Shown: positions 46,945-54,913 of the stretch, one piece after another
Layout: every line of letters begins with the position of its first letter
Position numbering within the stretch: the first letter of the stretch is position 1
Made by a program: the position numbers and the translations under genes
Notes under the pieces: model-generated
Database searches by the model: none
What the model saw: only the letters and a program-made list of their open reading frames with translations
Told to the model about the DNA's origin: nothing
Virus record (IMG/VR): IMGVR_UViG_3300017766_005465
Location: 54,538-118,537 of that record
Length of the DNA stretch: 64,000 bases
Strand: one strand, 5' to 3'
Origin: a virus

Positions 46945-47074
46945 TTGTGGGCCCTGGTTATGTTTGCGTTGCTCGCGAGACGCTACAAACATCTTTGTTT
47001 TACAACGGTTCCGGTCCCAGGGCGATGCGACCGCCGTTGCTCTCGGTTTATGAGAGGTTGCCCCGAAGGGCGAG
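46945..47074 (-). ncRNA. Small pseudoknotted RNA candidate
   Basis: Loop GCCCTGG (47017-47023) is complementary to CCAGGGC (46951-46957) across a second hairpin. Confidence 0.5.
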
Positions 47075-47150
47075 AAGCGTAGACGGGCATCGAACCCGCA
47101 AAATATCCATCTTGAAAGGATGGTGACTTTACCAATTTGTCTACTACGCC
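47075..47150 (-). tRNA. tRNA-Glu(TTC)
   Basis: CCATC-CTTTCAA-GATGG. Confidence 0.88.
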
Positions 47151-47153
47151 AGG

Positions 47154-47236
47154 CGGAGAAGAAGGGACTCGAACCCCCGAGGCTTTTACACCCAACAGTT
47201 TTCAAGGCTGCGCCCTCGACCAACCGGACCCTCTCC
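47154..47236 (-). tRNA. tRNA-Ser(TGA)
   Basis: GCAGC-CTTGAAA-ACTGT with long variable arm. Confidence 0.87.
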
Positions 47237-47243
47237 GTGAGGT

Positions 47244-47288
47244 TTGCCACCGGCATTCCGGATTATCAGCTCCGGCGCGAAGTGGCGA
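47244..47288 (-). ncRNA. Armless tRNA-like hairpin candidate with Ile-type loop
   Basis: GCCAC/GTGGC stem enclosing CCGGA-GCTGATAA-TCCGG. Confidence 0.4.
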
Positions 47289-47362
47289 CGACCCATACGG
47301 GATTTGAACCCGTGATCTCCACCGTGACAGGGTGGCGTGATAGACCGCTACACTAATGGGTC
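47289..47362 (-). tRNA. tRNA-Asp(GTC)
   Basis: CCACC-CTGTCAC-GGTGG. Confidence 0.93.
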
Positions 47363-47366
47363 AAGG

Positions 47367-47448
47367 TGGGTAGGGGTGGATTTGAACCACCGATGGCAGA
47401 GCCGCCTGATTTACAGTCAGGTTCCTTAAACCACTCGGACACCTACCC
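47367..47448 (-). tRNA. tRNA-Tyr(GTA)
   Basis: CCTGA-CTGTAAA-TCAGG with variable arm. Confidence 0.93.
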
Positions 47449-47487
47449 AAAACAGTTTATGTTTACCGACCGAGCTGAAACGGTCAA

Positions 47488-47559
47488 TGGGTCTGGTGGG
47501 GCTCGAACCCACAACTTCCAGGTTAAAAGCCCGTTACTCTGCCATTGAGTTACAGACCC
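47488..47559 (-). tRNA. tRNA-Lys(TTT)
   Basis: CGGG-CTTTTAA-CCTG; cloverleaf. Confidence 0.88.
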
Positions 47560-47573
47560 ATAAAAGGTTTAGA

Positions 47574-47664
47574 TTGTCAAGGTTCGGGGGTCGGGAGAGG
47601 GGCCGGAGAAGTCCGTCTCCCTTGACCATGAGACTAATATATCAGAGACGGGAGGCTTTGGGAA
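47574..47664 (-). promoter_or_regulatory. Sigma70-type promoter and boxA-like leader of the tRNA operon
   Basis: TTCCCA-17 nt-TATATT with extended TG (47664-47636), then GAACCTTGACAA (47585-47574) before tRNA-Lys. Confidence 0.55.
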
Positions 47665-47871
47665 TGGCCTGGTAGACGGTTGGTAAGCTGTCCACTTCGG
47701 TCTCCGCGCAAAAGAAAAGAGGGGAGAAGTCTTTTTGACCTCTGCCCCTCCTGTGATTTGCTTATAGAGTTTCCCGTATTAGCAAACAAGAGGGGCCAGC
47801 ACCGCATCTCTCGGTGAGGGGTTCTTAAATGCAATATACGAGAAGTTAGTCATACTAGTCTATAAACACTG

Positions 47872-47958
47872 TCAGTATGTTTCTGACAGTTGATTGATCG
47901 AGTGAAAGAGAAGCACCAGAAAAGCCACGGAGGTGAAGGTGAAGATAACCTCTCCCAT
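47872..47958 (-). CDS. 28-aa hydrophobic peptide coupled to hli
   Basis: MGEVIFTFTSVAFLVLLFHSINQLSETY; TGATG overlap with the hli stop. Confidence 0.5.
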   Translation of the reverse strand: MGEVIFTFTSVAFLVLLFHSINQLSETY

Positions 47959-48077
47959 CACCACACGCCAGGGATGACCTGGCCAGTCACGAAGTACGCA
48001 CCTACAGCGGCCACGAAGCCGAGCATTGCCAGCCGGCCATTGAGCTTTTCGGCCTTCTCAGTAAAGATCTTGTCCAT
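47958..48077 (-). CDS. hli: High-light-inducible protein (39 aa, below the ORF-track cutoff)
   Basis: MDKIFTEKAEKLNGRLAMLGFVAAVGAYFVTGQVIPGVW; ExxNGRxAMxG and TGQxxPG motifs. Confidence 0.92.
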   Translation of the reverse strand: MDKIFTEKAEKLNGRLAMLGFVAAVGAYFVTGQVIPGVW

Positions 48078-48131
48078 TGTTACCTAGTTGGTTTGTAGAG
48101 GTAGGAGGGGAAGGAAACGCTTCAGTCGTCG

Positions 48132-48326
48132 TCAGAAGACTCCGAAGAAGAGCTTACCAGTGAGAGCGTAAGAAACAGCACCAGCAATAATACCGACCAT
48201 AGCCCAGCGTCCATTAGTGCGTTCCTTCACCTGGTTGGGGGTGAGCATGCCGTAGTTTTCGTAGTACATAACAGGCTCTTTGGCCCACATGTTCTGCTGG
48301 CCACGCTCGTTAGTTGTAACCGTCAT
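48132..48326 (-). CDS. hli: High-light-inducible protein
   Basis: MTVTTNERGQQNMWAKEP...ERTNGRWAMVG. Confidence 0.9.
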   Translation of the reverse strand: MTVTTNERGQQNMWAKEPVMYYENYGMLTPNQVKERTNGRWAMVGIIAGAVSYALTGKLFFGVF

Positions 48327-48364
48327 AGAGAAGTCTCTCCACATTTCCTTAACCATCATATCAT

Positions 48365-48390
48365 AAAAATGGGGGGCTTGTGGCCCCCGT
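48365..48390 (-). terminator. Intrinsic terminator after the porin gene
   Basis: GGGGGC-CACAA-GCCCCC followed by ATTTTT. Confidence 0.6.
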
Positions 48391-48424
48391 AGCCAGTTTG
48401 TCAGGAGACCCTGACTTCGCCCGC

Positions 48425-49930
48425 TCAGAAGGTGAACTTCGTCTGGATCACACCACCGAAGTTAGAGGAGGCTCCGGTGAAAGCCTGGTTGTTGGTCACG
48501 TAGAAGACGGCGGGAGTGATGGAGATGTTGTCACTTACGCGGTACTTGTAGAACACTTCCCACATCAGAGCGTCCTTGGAGATGCTCGAAGCGTTTCCGG
48601 GTTGGCCGATAGCGAAACCAGCGCCGTTCCCCTTGGCGAACACGTCGCTCCACTGAAGACCGGCGTACCAGGTCTGGGAGTCAGTCGCGCCGGCGGGGGT
48701 CGGCTTGTTCTGGGCATTCAGACCCACCGTATTCCATCCGTAACCGCCACTGATCGAGGGCACGATCCCCGACTTGGAGGGTTGCCAGTAGGCGCTGATG
48801 GCGTAACCGTTAGAGGTCTGGCCCGGGGCGAGCGTGCCCGAACCGCCATTCAGAGCGTTGAAGGTTCTCACGCGGGTTCCCTCGGTGCCATAACGGTAGC
48901 CAAACGCGATTCCGTACTGGGGGGCGCGGTAACCGATCTGAGCCAGGGTGTTCAGAGCGCCGGACTCGTTGAACTCCCCTTTGGTTGAATCGCTGCCGTT
49001 CTGGGCAACGTAGTTCAGGCCGACAACCACTCCACCTTTCTTACCGGGTTGGACGTACTGGACACCGAAACCCGCACCAGTGGCCTTATTATAGACCCCA
49101 GGGGCACCCGCGAGCTGGAAGAAGTCGAGGATCTCGGACTTGTACGCCGAGGGGATCCAGGCCATCTCTGTATTGCGGACCAGAGCACCGGCCGTGGCCT
49201 TCATGCCCTTGGTCAGGACAGGGAACTGGTAGTAGAGACGGTCGAGAGTGACGTTGTTAGAGGTGCTCTCGGCTTTGTCCAGTTTGAACAGAGAAGAGCT
49301 GGAGCCAAATGGCTGGGAGGAGAAGTTACCCGAGCGCAGGCGGGTGCGCAGGAGATCCTTGCCCGTGAACGAAGTGTCGAAGTTTAGCCGGAGATCGTAG
49401 TTGAAAGCGGTCTCGCCAACATTGGTGGAGGGGGCGTTTCTGCCGACTCCGGGTGTGCGGGCTCCGTCAACTCCACCGAGGACAAAACTAGCCTCACCAC
49501 GGAGCTTGGTGGTCGTGGAGAACTGAGTTGCCTCCAGAGCGCCGACCTTGGCCTCGAGCTTGCTCACCCGGCCACGAATCACGGCCAACTCAGCGGAGAA
49601 CTCACGTGCAAGACGGTTGAGCTCGTCGGTGGCTTCAGTGACTCGGTCGAGGCAGGAGTTCAGCAGCGCGGCTGCCTCGAAGCGGGTCATGGACTGACCA
49701 CCGGCAAAGGTGCCGTTGGGGTAACCGGCTACGCAACCGTACCGATCCACCAGATTGCTTAGAGCCTGGTAGGCCCAGTCGGTCGGCTTAACGTCGGAGA
49801 ACTGGGTGATGCTGGTGACCTGGTCCGCCGAGGCGTACTTACTAACGCCGGCGAGGTTCAGGTCGGTTGCCATGGCGGCTCCAGGGCTGATCAGACCCAG
49901 AGTACCCACGACAGCGATGAAGCTTTTCAT
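48425..49930 (-). CDS. Cyanobacterial outer-membrane porin with SLH domain (Som/OprB-type)
   Basis: Signal peptide; FSDV.PTDWAYQAL..L..RYGC.AGYP, QFSTTTKL.G and NFDTSFTGKD.L.TRL motifs; terminal Phe. Confidence 0.93.
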   Translation of the reverse strand: MKSFIAVVGTLGLISPGAAMATDLNLAGVSKYASADQVTSITQFSDVKPTDWAYQALSNLVDRYGCVAGYPNGTFAGGQSMTRFEAAALLNSCLDRVTEATDELNRLAREFSAELAVIRGRVSKLEAKVGALEATQFSTTTKLRGEASFVLGGVDGARTPGVGRNAPSTNVGETAFNYDLRLNFDTSFTGKDLLRTRLRSGNFSSQPFGSSSSLFKLDKAESTSNNVTLDRLYYQFPVLTKGMKATAGALVRNTEMAWIPSAYKSEILDFFQLAGAPGVYNKATGAGFGVQYVQPGKKGGVVVGLNYVAQNGSDSTKGEFNESGALNTLAQIGYRAPQYGIAFGYRYGTEGTRVRTFNALNGGSGTLAPGQTSNGYAISAYWQPSKSGIVPSISGGYGWNTVGLNAQNKPTPAGATDSQTWYAGLQWSDVFAKGNGAGFAIGQPGNASSISKDALMWEVFYKYRVSDNISITPAVFYVTNNQAFTGASSNFGGVIQTKFTF

Positions 49931-50014
49931 ACTTTCTTAAGATTGTTTGAGACAGAAAGGGGTTACGCGTCTCTCTAGGCTATCTGCCTAGCAACTACGT
50001 TGTTATCCCCTAAG

Positions 50015-50086
50015 AGCGGAATAGGGGATTTGAACCCCTGACATCCTACTTGGAAGGAAGGCGCTCTACCGCTGAGCTAATTCCGC
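50015..50086 (-). tRNA. tRNA-Gly(TCC)
   Basis: Loop CTTCCAA; cloverleaf; extended -10 TGATATGAT upstream. Confidence 0.9.
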
Positions 50087-50119
50087 ATTGTACTATCATA
50101 TCAGAGGATGACACGCGTG

Positions 50120-50977
50120 TCAATCCATCTGTGACAGTTTGTTAAAGTACTCTAAACCGATTTGGGAGCGTTTGGCAACCGCGGCTTTGGACTGACCCTT
50201 AGCGGCTTTGTAAGCGTCGATGGAGTCGCGGACAAGGTTGACGTAGGGGTCCTTGTCGAGCTCGGGCCTGTAGATGTCGATGAGCTTACCCACCTTATTG
50301 AAATCCACTAGGGCTTTATTGGGCTGGTCCTGGATCTTACCGGAGAGGCCGTAGTCGATGAGGGTGGCGTCCTTGCCCCCCTCACCGTCGGTAAGGAACT
50401 GCTCGTTGTGCATGTCGCCATGATAGAAGCCCATCTTATGGAGGTCCTTGATGGCCGACAGGGCCTTGGAGGCCTGTTCGGTGGTCATCTTGACGTCCCG
50501 CTCCTTCTCGTCGTCGGTCCGGTTGAAACCGCCCGACCAGAGGGGCTTGCCCTTGGAAAAATCCATCTCGATATGGTCCTTGGAGGCGGAGTAGATCTTA
50601 GGGGAGTGGCCAAGCTCTCCCATCTTCCGCCCCAGCTCCACCTCGTGGGGTCCCCACTCCTTACCCTCCTTGAGGGTCTTGACAACGTGGCCGGTCTGTG
50701 GATCCTGGTAGACCACACCGTAGTTGCCCTCGGCGAGCTTTTTCATCTTGGAGATGTCTGGCATACCGGAGGAGCCGGGGGACTTCTGCTGCCCTCCTAC
50801 TCTATCATCGCCACCCACCAGCTTCCACCGCCCATTAGCCTGTTTCTGAAGTGTATGGCCGGACTGGGGATTGCGATAAACCTGCCCAGGCGTAGCGGTC
50901 TTCTTGATGGACTCCGGGACCATCTCGTCGGAGTAGGAGGCCTGTCTCCAGCCCTCAGGCCACCATCCAAGTGTCAT
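50120..50977 (-). CDS. Ser/Thr protein kinase-like protein
   Basis: LAEGNYGVVY, VVK, HGDMHNEQ and IDYG motifs. Confidence 0.82.
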   Translation of the reverse strand: MTLGWWPEGWRQASYSDEMVPESIKKTATPGQVYRNPQSGHTLQKQANGRWKLVGGDDRVGGQQKSPGSSGMPDISKMKKLAEGNYGVVYQDPQTGHVVKTLKEGKEWGPHEVELGRKMGELGHSPKIYSASKDHIEMDFSKGKPLWSGGFNRTDDEKERDVKMTTEQASKALSAIKDLHKMGFYHGDMHNEQFLTDGEGGKDATLIDYGLSGKIQDQPNKALVDFNKVGKLIDIYRPELDKDPYVNLVRDSIDAYKAAKGQSKAAVAKRSQIGLEYFNKLSQMD

Positions 50978-51013
50978 GGGTTAGTCAAACTGCACTGGTT
51001 AGCTTTCAACTAC

Positions 51014-51154
51014 TCAACCCTGGCCCCTGTACCTCTTCCTAGCGCCATTGCGGCTAGTGGCCGCTAGTTTGGTGTTTCTGGATTTACCCTGGCGAGTGAT
51101 TTTGGGATTAGACAGGATGAGTTTTGTGCCGTTCTTGGTTGTGATTTTTGCCAT
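51014..51154 (-). CDS. 46-aa basic peptide (...TRQGKSRNTKLAATSRNGARKRYRGQG)
   Basis: Fills the gap between speD and the kinase; the KRYRGQG ending is one I associate with cyanomyophage small proteins. Confidence 0.6.
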   Translation of the reverse strand: MAKITTKNGTKLILSNPKITRQGKSRNTKLAATSRNGARKRYRGQG

Positions 51155-51182
51155 CGGTTTGCGTGCGGACGGTCCTATTATA

Positions 51183-51512
51183 TCACCTATTGACCATTTT
51201 CAGGTTGTAGGAGTTGGGGGAGAAGTACCGGATAACGTACGAGATCAGGGCGTCGGATTTGATCTCACCGCACGAGAACATGTCTATCGCACAGCAGTTA
51301 GTCTCCGGCCAAGTATGTATGGAGAAGTGGGAGGTGGATAGGAGGGCGAGGTAGGTGTAACCTCCAGCGCCTGGGAATTTATGCGCGGACTCATCCAGAA
51401 CCTCGGCCATGCAGTCCTTCAACTCCGGACCTATAAACGCCATGAACTCCTCCATCTCCTGCAGTAGGAGGGTGTCAACGCCAAATAGATCAAGTAGAAG
51501 GTGCTTTCCCAT
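51183..51512 (-). CDS. speD: S-adenosylmethionine decarboxylase proenzyme
   Basis: G.HLL.DL, H.F...G.T...LL.TSH.SIHTWPE and D.FSCG motifs. Confidence 0.88.
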   Translation of the reverse strand: MGKHLLLDLFGVDTLLLQEMEEFMAFIGPELKDCMAEVLDESAHKFPGAGGYTYLALLSTSHFSIHTWPETNCCAIDMFSCGEIKSDALISYVIRYFSPNSYNLKMVNR

Positions 51513-52312
51513 CAGAAGTTAAAAAAGTGCATTTCCGAGAACTCAAGAACTTTAAACCCCGGTACTACGAGGTGGTGGAAATTGGGGAAGGAGGCTCTGT
51601 AGTCCCTGAAGATCCTACCACGCCGCTCGAATAACGCCGATACGCATACCTTGTACCCGAGCGCTCCGAACTCGTTCATCACTCTCACGTGCCTTTCCAG
51701 AGCGCTCTCGTTCCAGACAAATCCGCTTCCGTAGGTCCCAAACTCCGTGGGTAGGTAGAGGTGGAGGAAGACGTTGTCATTTATGATGCTCTCGGACATA
51801 CTGGACAGATCCTCCCTCCTGAAGAGGAGGTTTTTCTCCCGGCTTTGCCGGGACGCTTCCGCCAAACCACCGTAATCTGGAGCGGTTGGGGAGTACTGGG
51901 CGTCGTAACCCCTTCCCCTATACCTCTGCTTAAACCCCGCTCCCGCCCACAGCATGTAGAGCGTAGCCATCCTCCCATTCCACGGATCGTTGTTAAACCT
52001 CTCACGCGCAGCAAGATAACTCCTTCTACTCCACTTCCCGCCAAAATCCGCCTCGAGCGAAGAGTCTAAAGCCCCCAGAACGGTAGAAGTACCTATGAAT
52101 CTGTGCATGTCCACCATATAGGGCTCCTTTGTGACTCCTATGCCGCCGGCGCAGGAGTAGAGGAGGGTGCCGGTTGTCAGGTTTACGTCGTAGACGTAGA
52201 GGTTGCGAAGGTCGGGTCTCTGCAGGAGCAGTTTGTCAGTTGTTAGGAGCTCCCTCCCGGCATAGGGGAAGGTGAATGGGTTAGGGATCGAGTTTTCTCC
52301 AGGTCTTTCCAT
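51512..52312 (-). CDS. Degenerate DNA adenine methyltransferase-like protein
   Basis: F.YAG N-terminus, YLAARERFN..A.LY.L...GF and C-terminal layout of Dam, but DPPY is replaced by YLPT. Confidence 0.55.
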   Translation of the reverse strand: MERPGENSIPNPFTFPYAGRELLTTDKLLLQRPDLRNLYVYDVNLTTGTLLYSCAGGIGVTKEPYMVDMHRFIGTSTVLGALDSSLEADFGGKWSRRSYLAARERFNNDPWNGRMATLYMLWAGAGFKQRYRGRGYDAQYSPTAPDYGGLAEASRQSREKNLLFRREDLSSMSESIINDNVFLHLYLPTEFGTYGSGFVWNESALERHVRVMNEFGALGYKVCVSALFERRGRIFRDYRASFPNFHHLVVPGFKVLEFSEMHFFNF

Positions 52313-52673
52313 TGTAGAAGGAGATAAGGTCCTGGGCGAATATCCTCACGGTGCCGGGTGGTGTGGAGTACGGGGTTTTACTACCTGTGGAGAAGAGCTC
52401 CTCGAGTTGGTAGGATGTAAACTCCTCGGTGTTTTTAACGATATTGCTCGCCTTCAGCAGCAGGTTTTGGGCGTCAAGGTTAGTAAATGATAGCTTGGAG
52501 AGAGCGTAGATCCCGTCTTCATAAGCGTTGTAACCGCCTGGAAGCGGGGATCTTGTCAGAGCGCAGGGAGAATACCCCGATCCCCGCTCCACCAGCATAT
52601 TCAGCTCCAAAAGCCTGGCGGGTTTTAACTGAACGTACACGTCCGACCTAACTACTACTTTTTGAGTCTTCAT
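52281..52673 (-). CDS. Hypothetical protein
   Basis: 130-aa ORF with ATGA overlap. Confidence 0.55.
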   Translation of the reverse strand: MKTQKVVVRSDVYVQLKPARLLELNMLVERGSGYSPCALTRSPLPGGYNAYEDGIYALSKLSFTNLDAQNLLLKASNIVKNTEEFTSYQLEELFSTGSKTPYSTPPGTVRIFAQDLISFYNGKTWRKLDP

Positions 52674-53329
52674 CCTTCTGAGAGATCGAATAGGAACCTG
52701 TGAACGTAAAAATCCGCGAATGCGGCGCCGAAGTAGGACTTGAGGATGCCGTGGGCGGGGTCGTTAAGCGCCATGTGCCTGTCGTAGTCGACGTGGAGGG
52801 GCCTATTGCTCTCACCCACGTCCCCGTCCATCAACGCCATCCGGTACCTTCCCATATACCTGTCCGCCCAGTCCGCGTACTCCTCCGAGAAGTCCTCGGC
52901 GGATTTTTTCGTCCAGAACCTTGACGAGAAGTACTTGGATAGGTCGTAGAACTTGGAGGTCTCGGTCTGGCGCTCGGGGAAGTCGTAGAGGTACTCCTCC
53001 ACCCATCTCTCCAAGTACTCCGGTGTCTGCAGGAGCGGGTGGAAGTCAATGGCCCCGAAGAACTTCTTGTTGGCGATGGTGATGTACTCCGTGCCAAGTA
53101 TAGGGGTCTGCGTACACCAGTCGGGGTAGATTACGAGCGTTTCCGCCGTGAATTTGCCCGGGATGCTTAACTCGCAGACTCGAGCACGGCGAATAGTCTC
53201 GCCCTCCCAGACGTAGGAGCGGATCTCGGAGCCTTCGGACGTGGTGGTGAGGTGCTCCAGGCCCTCGGGGAGCCTGTTAGTCTCCTCCCACTCCGGAAAC
53301 CTGGTTCTAACGCTCTCAGCTAGGGACAT
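52670..53329 (-). CDS. Ferredoxin-dependent bilin reductase, PebA-like
   Basis: RRAR, V.YP....PILG, DF.PL.Q...YL, YFS and YD......DPAHG....FG......H.FLF motifs. Confidence 0.82.
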   Translation of the reverse strand: MSLAESVRTRFPEWEETNRLPEGLEHLTTTSEGSEIRSYVWEGETIRRARVCELSIPGKFTAETLVIYPDWCTQTPILGTEYITIANKKFFGAIDFHPLLQTPEYLERWVEEYLYDFPERQTETSKFYDLSKYFSSRFWTKKSAEDFSEEYADWADRYMGRYRMALMDGDVGESNRPLHVDYDRHMALNDPAHGILKSYFGAAFADFYVHRFLFDLSEG

Positions 53330-53573
53330 CTCGGTTCTTAAGGAAGTTGGTCATTCGGTCCACGGCCTCCCCGTCCAGGCAAAGCTCAGAGAACTCGATG
53401 TGGTCTGAGATACCGAAAATGTACTTGGTTCCTGAGATCAAGCGGTCTAGGAAGTGGGTTTGGGGCAGATGGACGGAGAGGTAAGTGTAGTCATCGTCGG
53501 GTTCGGTGGAACTACTCAGCACCACGAGATGCTCGTTAAGCCCGCACGAGCAGAAGAAGGCTTCCTTACGCAT
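53316..53573 (-). CDS. Hypothetical protein
   Basis: 85-aa ORF with CxC..EH. Confidence 0.55.
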   Translation of the reverse strand: MRKEAFFCSCGLNEHLVVLSSSTEPDDDYTYLSVHLPQTHFLDRLISGTKYIFGISDHIEFSELCLDGEAVDRMTNFLKNRDVPS

Positions 53574-53985
53574 CGTCGTCTCCCACGCCCCAAACTCTGC
53601 TAACTACGATGGTGCCATCGGCCTCATTTACGTACACGTCCACAAGATCCCACTCCTCCAACCCGACCTGCTTGACGAGGTCGTCGGGGAAGGTGATGAG
53701 GCCGTCCTCCCCAACCTCTACGGTCCAGGTTTTCCTTGGTAAGTAGGTTTGCTGGTGAGCTGGTACCATAAACTCGCTCCAGGCTTTCTGGAAAAGGTGG
53801 TAAAGGGCGCCTTCCTTGCTCTCAAGGATGAGTTTGAGAGCAATGAGAAGGTTCGTGGCGTTATCGACCTCTAGAGCCTCGATGTGATTGCAGGCGAGGT
53901 CGATGATCTTATTCACCGAGCTGATATCCACGATCTCCTGCTCGAAATCGTTCATAAATGAGGCCGCGGAACGAAAATCAGTCAT
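53566..53985 (-). CDS. Hypothetical protein with AbrB/SpoVT-like C-terminal domain
   Basis: VEVGEDGLITFPDDLVKQVGLEEWDLV. Confidence 0.6.
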   Translation of the reverse strand: MTDFRSAASFMNDFEQEIVDISSVNKIIDLACNHIEALEVDNATNLLIALKLILESKEGALYHLFQKAWSEFMVPAHQQTYLPRKTWTVEVGEDGLITFPDDLVKQVGLEEWDLVDVYVNEADGTIVVSRVWGVGDDDA

Positions 53986-54175
53986 TCTGGGGGTCCTCGG
54001 ACTGGACTCTGCGCTCGACTTTACGAAGGGATTTCAACTCCTTGTAAAGGAATTTGATCTCCTTGTAGGCTTCCTCGGGAGTGATCTTTCCCCCGACCTC
54101 GAGGCCGGCGATCAGCCCGACCTTGTCCCCGAAGCGGGCGAGGGCCCTCTCAAACTCGCTTAAATGCTCGTACAT
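53978..54175 (-). CDS. Small conserved cyanobacterial/cyanophage-type protein
   Basis: FGDKVGLIAGLEVGGKITPEEAYKEIK.L.KELK. Confidence 0.65.
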   Translation of the reverse strand: MYEHLSEFERALARFGDKVGLIAGLEVGGKITPEEAYKEIKFLYKELKSLRKVERRVQSEDPQND

Positions 54176-54176
54176 G

Positions 54177-54344
54177 CTACTTCCCTAGGTTGTAGGTGTT
54201 AAGACTATTATACTCGGAAGGCTCGAGCCTGTCAATCCTCTGTTCCAGTTCCCGAATCGTACCCTCCAGCATTGTGATTCTGTCCTCAAGGACGTCGATA
54301 AGCCACTTATGGGACTCTAGTAAGTCGCGAAGTTCCTCACTCAT
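54177..54344 (-). CDS. 55-aa coiled-coil hypothetical protein
   Basis: MSEELRDLLESHKWLIDVLEDRI...; GGAG Shine-Dalgarno. Confidence 0.5.
   Translation of the reverse strand: MSEELRDLLESHKWLIDVLEDRITMLEGTIRELEQRIDRLEPSEYNSLNTYNLGK
54207..54235 (-). promoter_or_regulatory. Consensus sigma70 promoter
   Basis: TTGACA-17 nt-TATAAT. Confidence 0.8.
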
Positions 54345-54628
54345 GTGTTACGCTCCTGTAGTAAGCATTGTATCGCATAAACCTAGACAGAGATGGCCTC
54401 GCCCCGAGACTCTGGCAGCACTCCTCGTACGACAACCACTCATACCATGGGGTTGTGGGATCAAGGGAGTGGAGTTCGCTCGAAGCACTGGCCTTCCCCC
54501 TTCCCCTCAAGGGATTGGGTGAGAAGCTCCGTGTAGCGCTCGAGATAAGCCGAGTCAAAAGCCGCCACGCCCGACTCTGAGATCTGGTGGTGCATCTTCT
54601 CGAGTTGGGTCCAGTCATTGGGGTCCAT
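54337..54628 (-). CDS. Two small overlapping hypothetical ORFs (MDPNDWTQLEK... at 54461-54628; ...PTTPWYEWLSYEECC... ending at 54337)
   Basis: Reading frames visible; the start of the second is uncertain. Confidence 0.4.
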
Positions 54629-54667
54629 AGGCAGGGGGGATTTGTGTTCGTCTATTCTAAGCCCATC

Positions 54668-54910
54668 CTACTCCCTCTCGCGCTCCTTTAAGAGTTTCTT
54701 AACAATTTGGCGCGATCTCCACTTCAGCACGAACGTGTCAAACCGCAGTCGTGGGTAGAATTTTAGCCAGAAGATGCCTCTGGAGATGTTAACACGACCC
54801 ATCTTCGCGAGAAGAACGATGAATTTGCTTACGTTAGGATCAACGGCCATCATGTAGAGAACCACCGCGAAGACGGAGAGCAGTGAGAGGTAATAGAATT
54901 GGAGGTCCAT
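54668..54910 (-). CDS. Small membrane protein
   Basis: N-terminal transmembrane helix followed by DPNV. Confidence 0.6.
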   Translation of the reverse strand: MDLQFYYLSLLSVFAVVLYMMAVDPNVSKFIVLLAKMGRVNISRGIFWLKFYPRLRFDTFVLKWRSRQIVKKLLKERERE

Positions 54911-54913
54911 AGG

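Noticed and set aside
47462-47487. Hairpin GACCG-TTTCAGCT-CGGTC as an opal (UCA) anticodon mimic
   Set aside because: It is a single short hairpin with an 8-nt loop and no enclosing stem, too weak to distinguish from a generic trailer hairpin.
45872-47834. Six-frame ORFs across the tRNA array (e.g. 46159-46494, 46166-46411, 46924-47256)
   Set aside because: They overlap tRNAs or structured RNA, lack credible starts and have no protein-like motifs.
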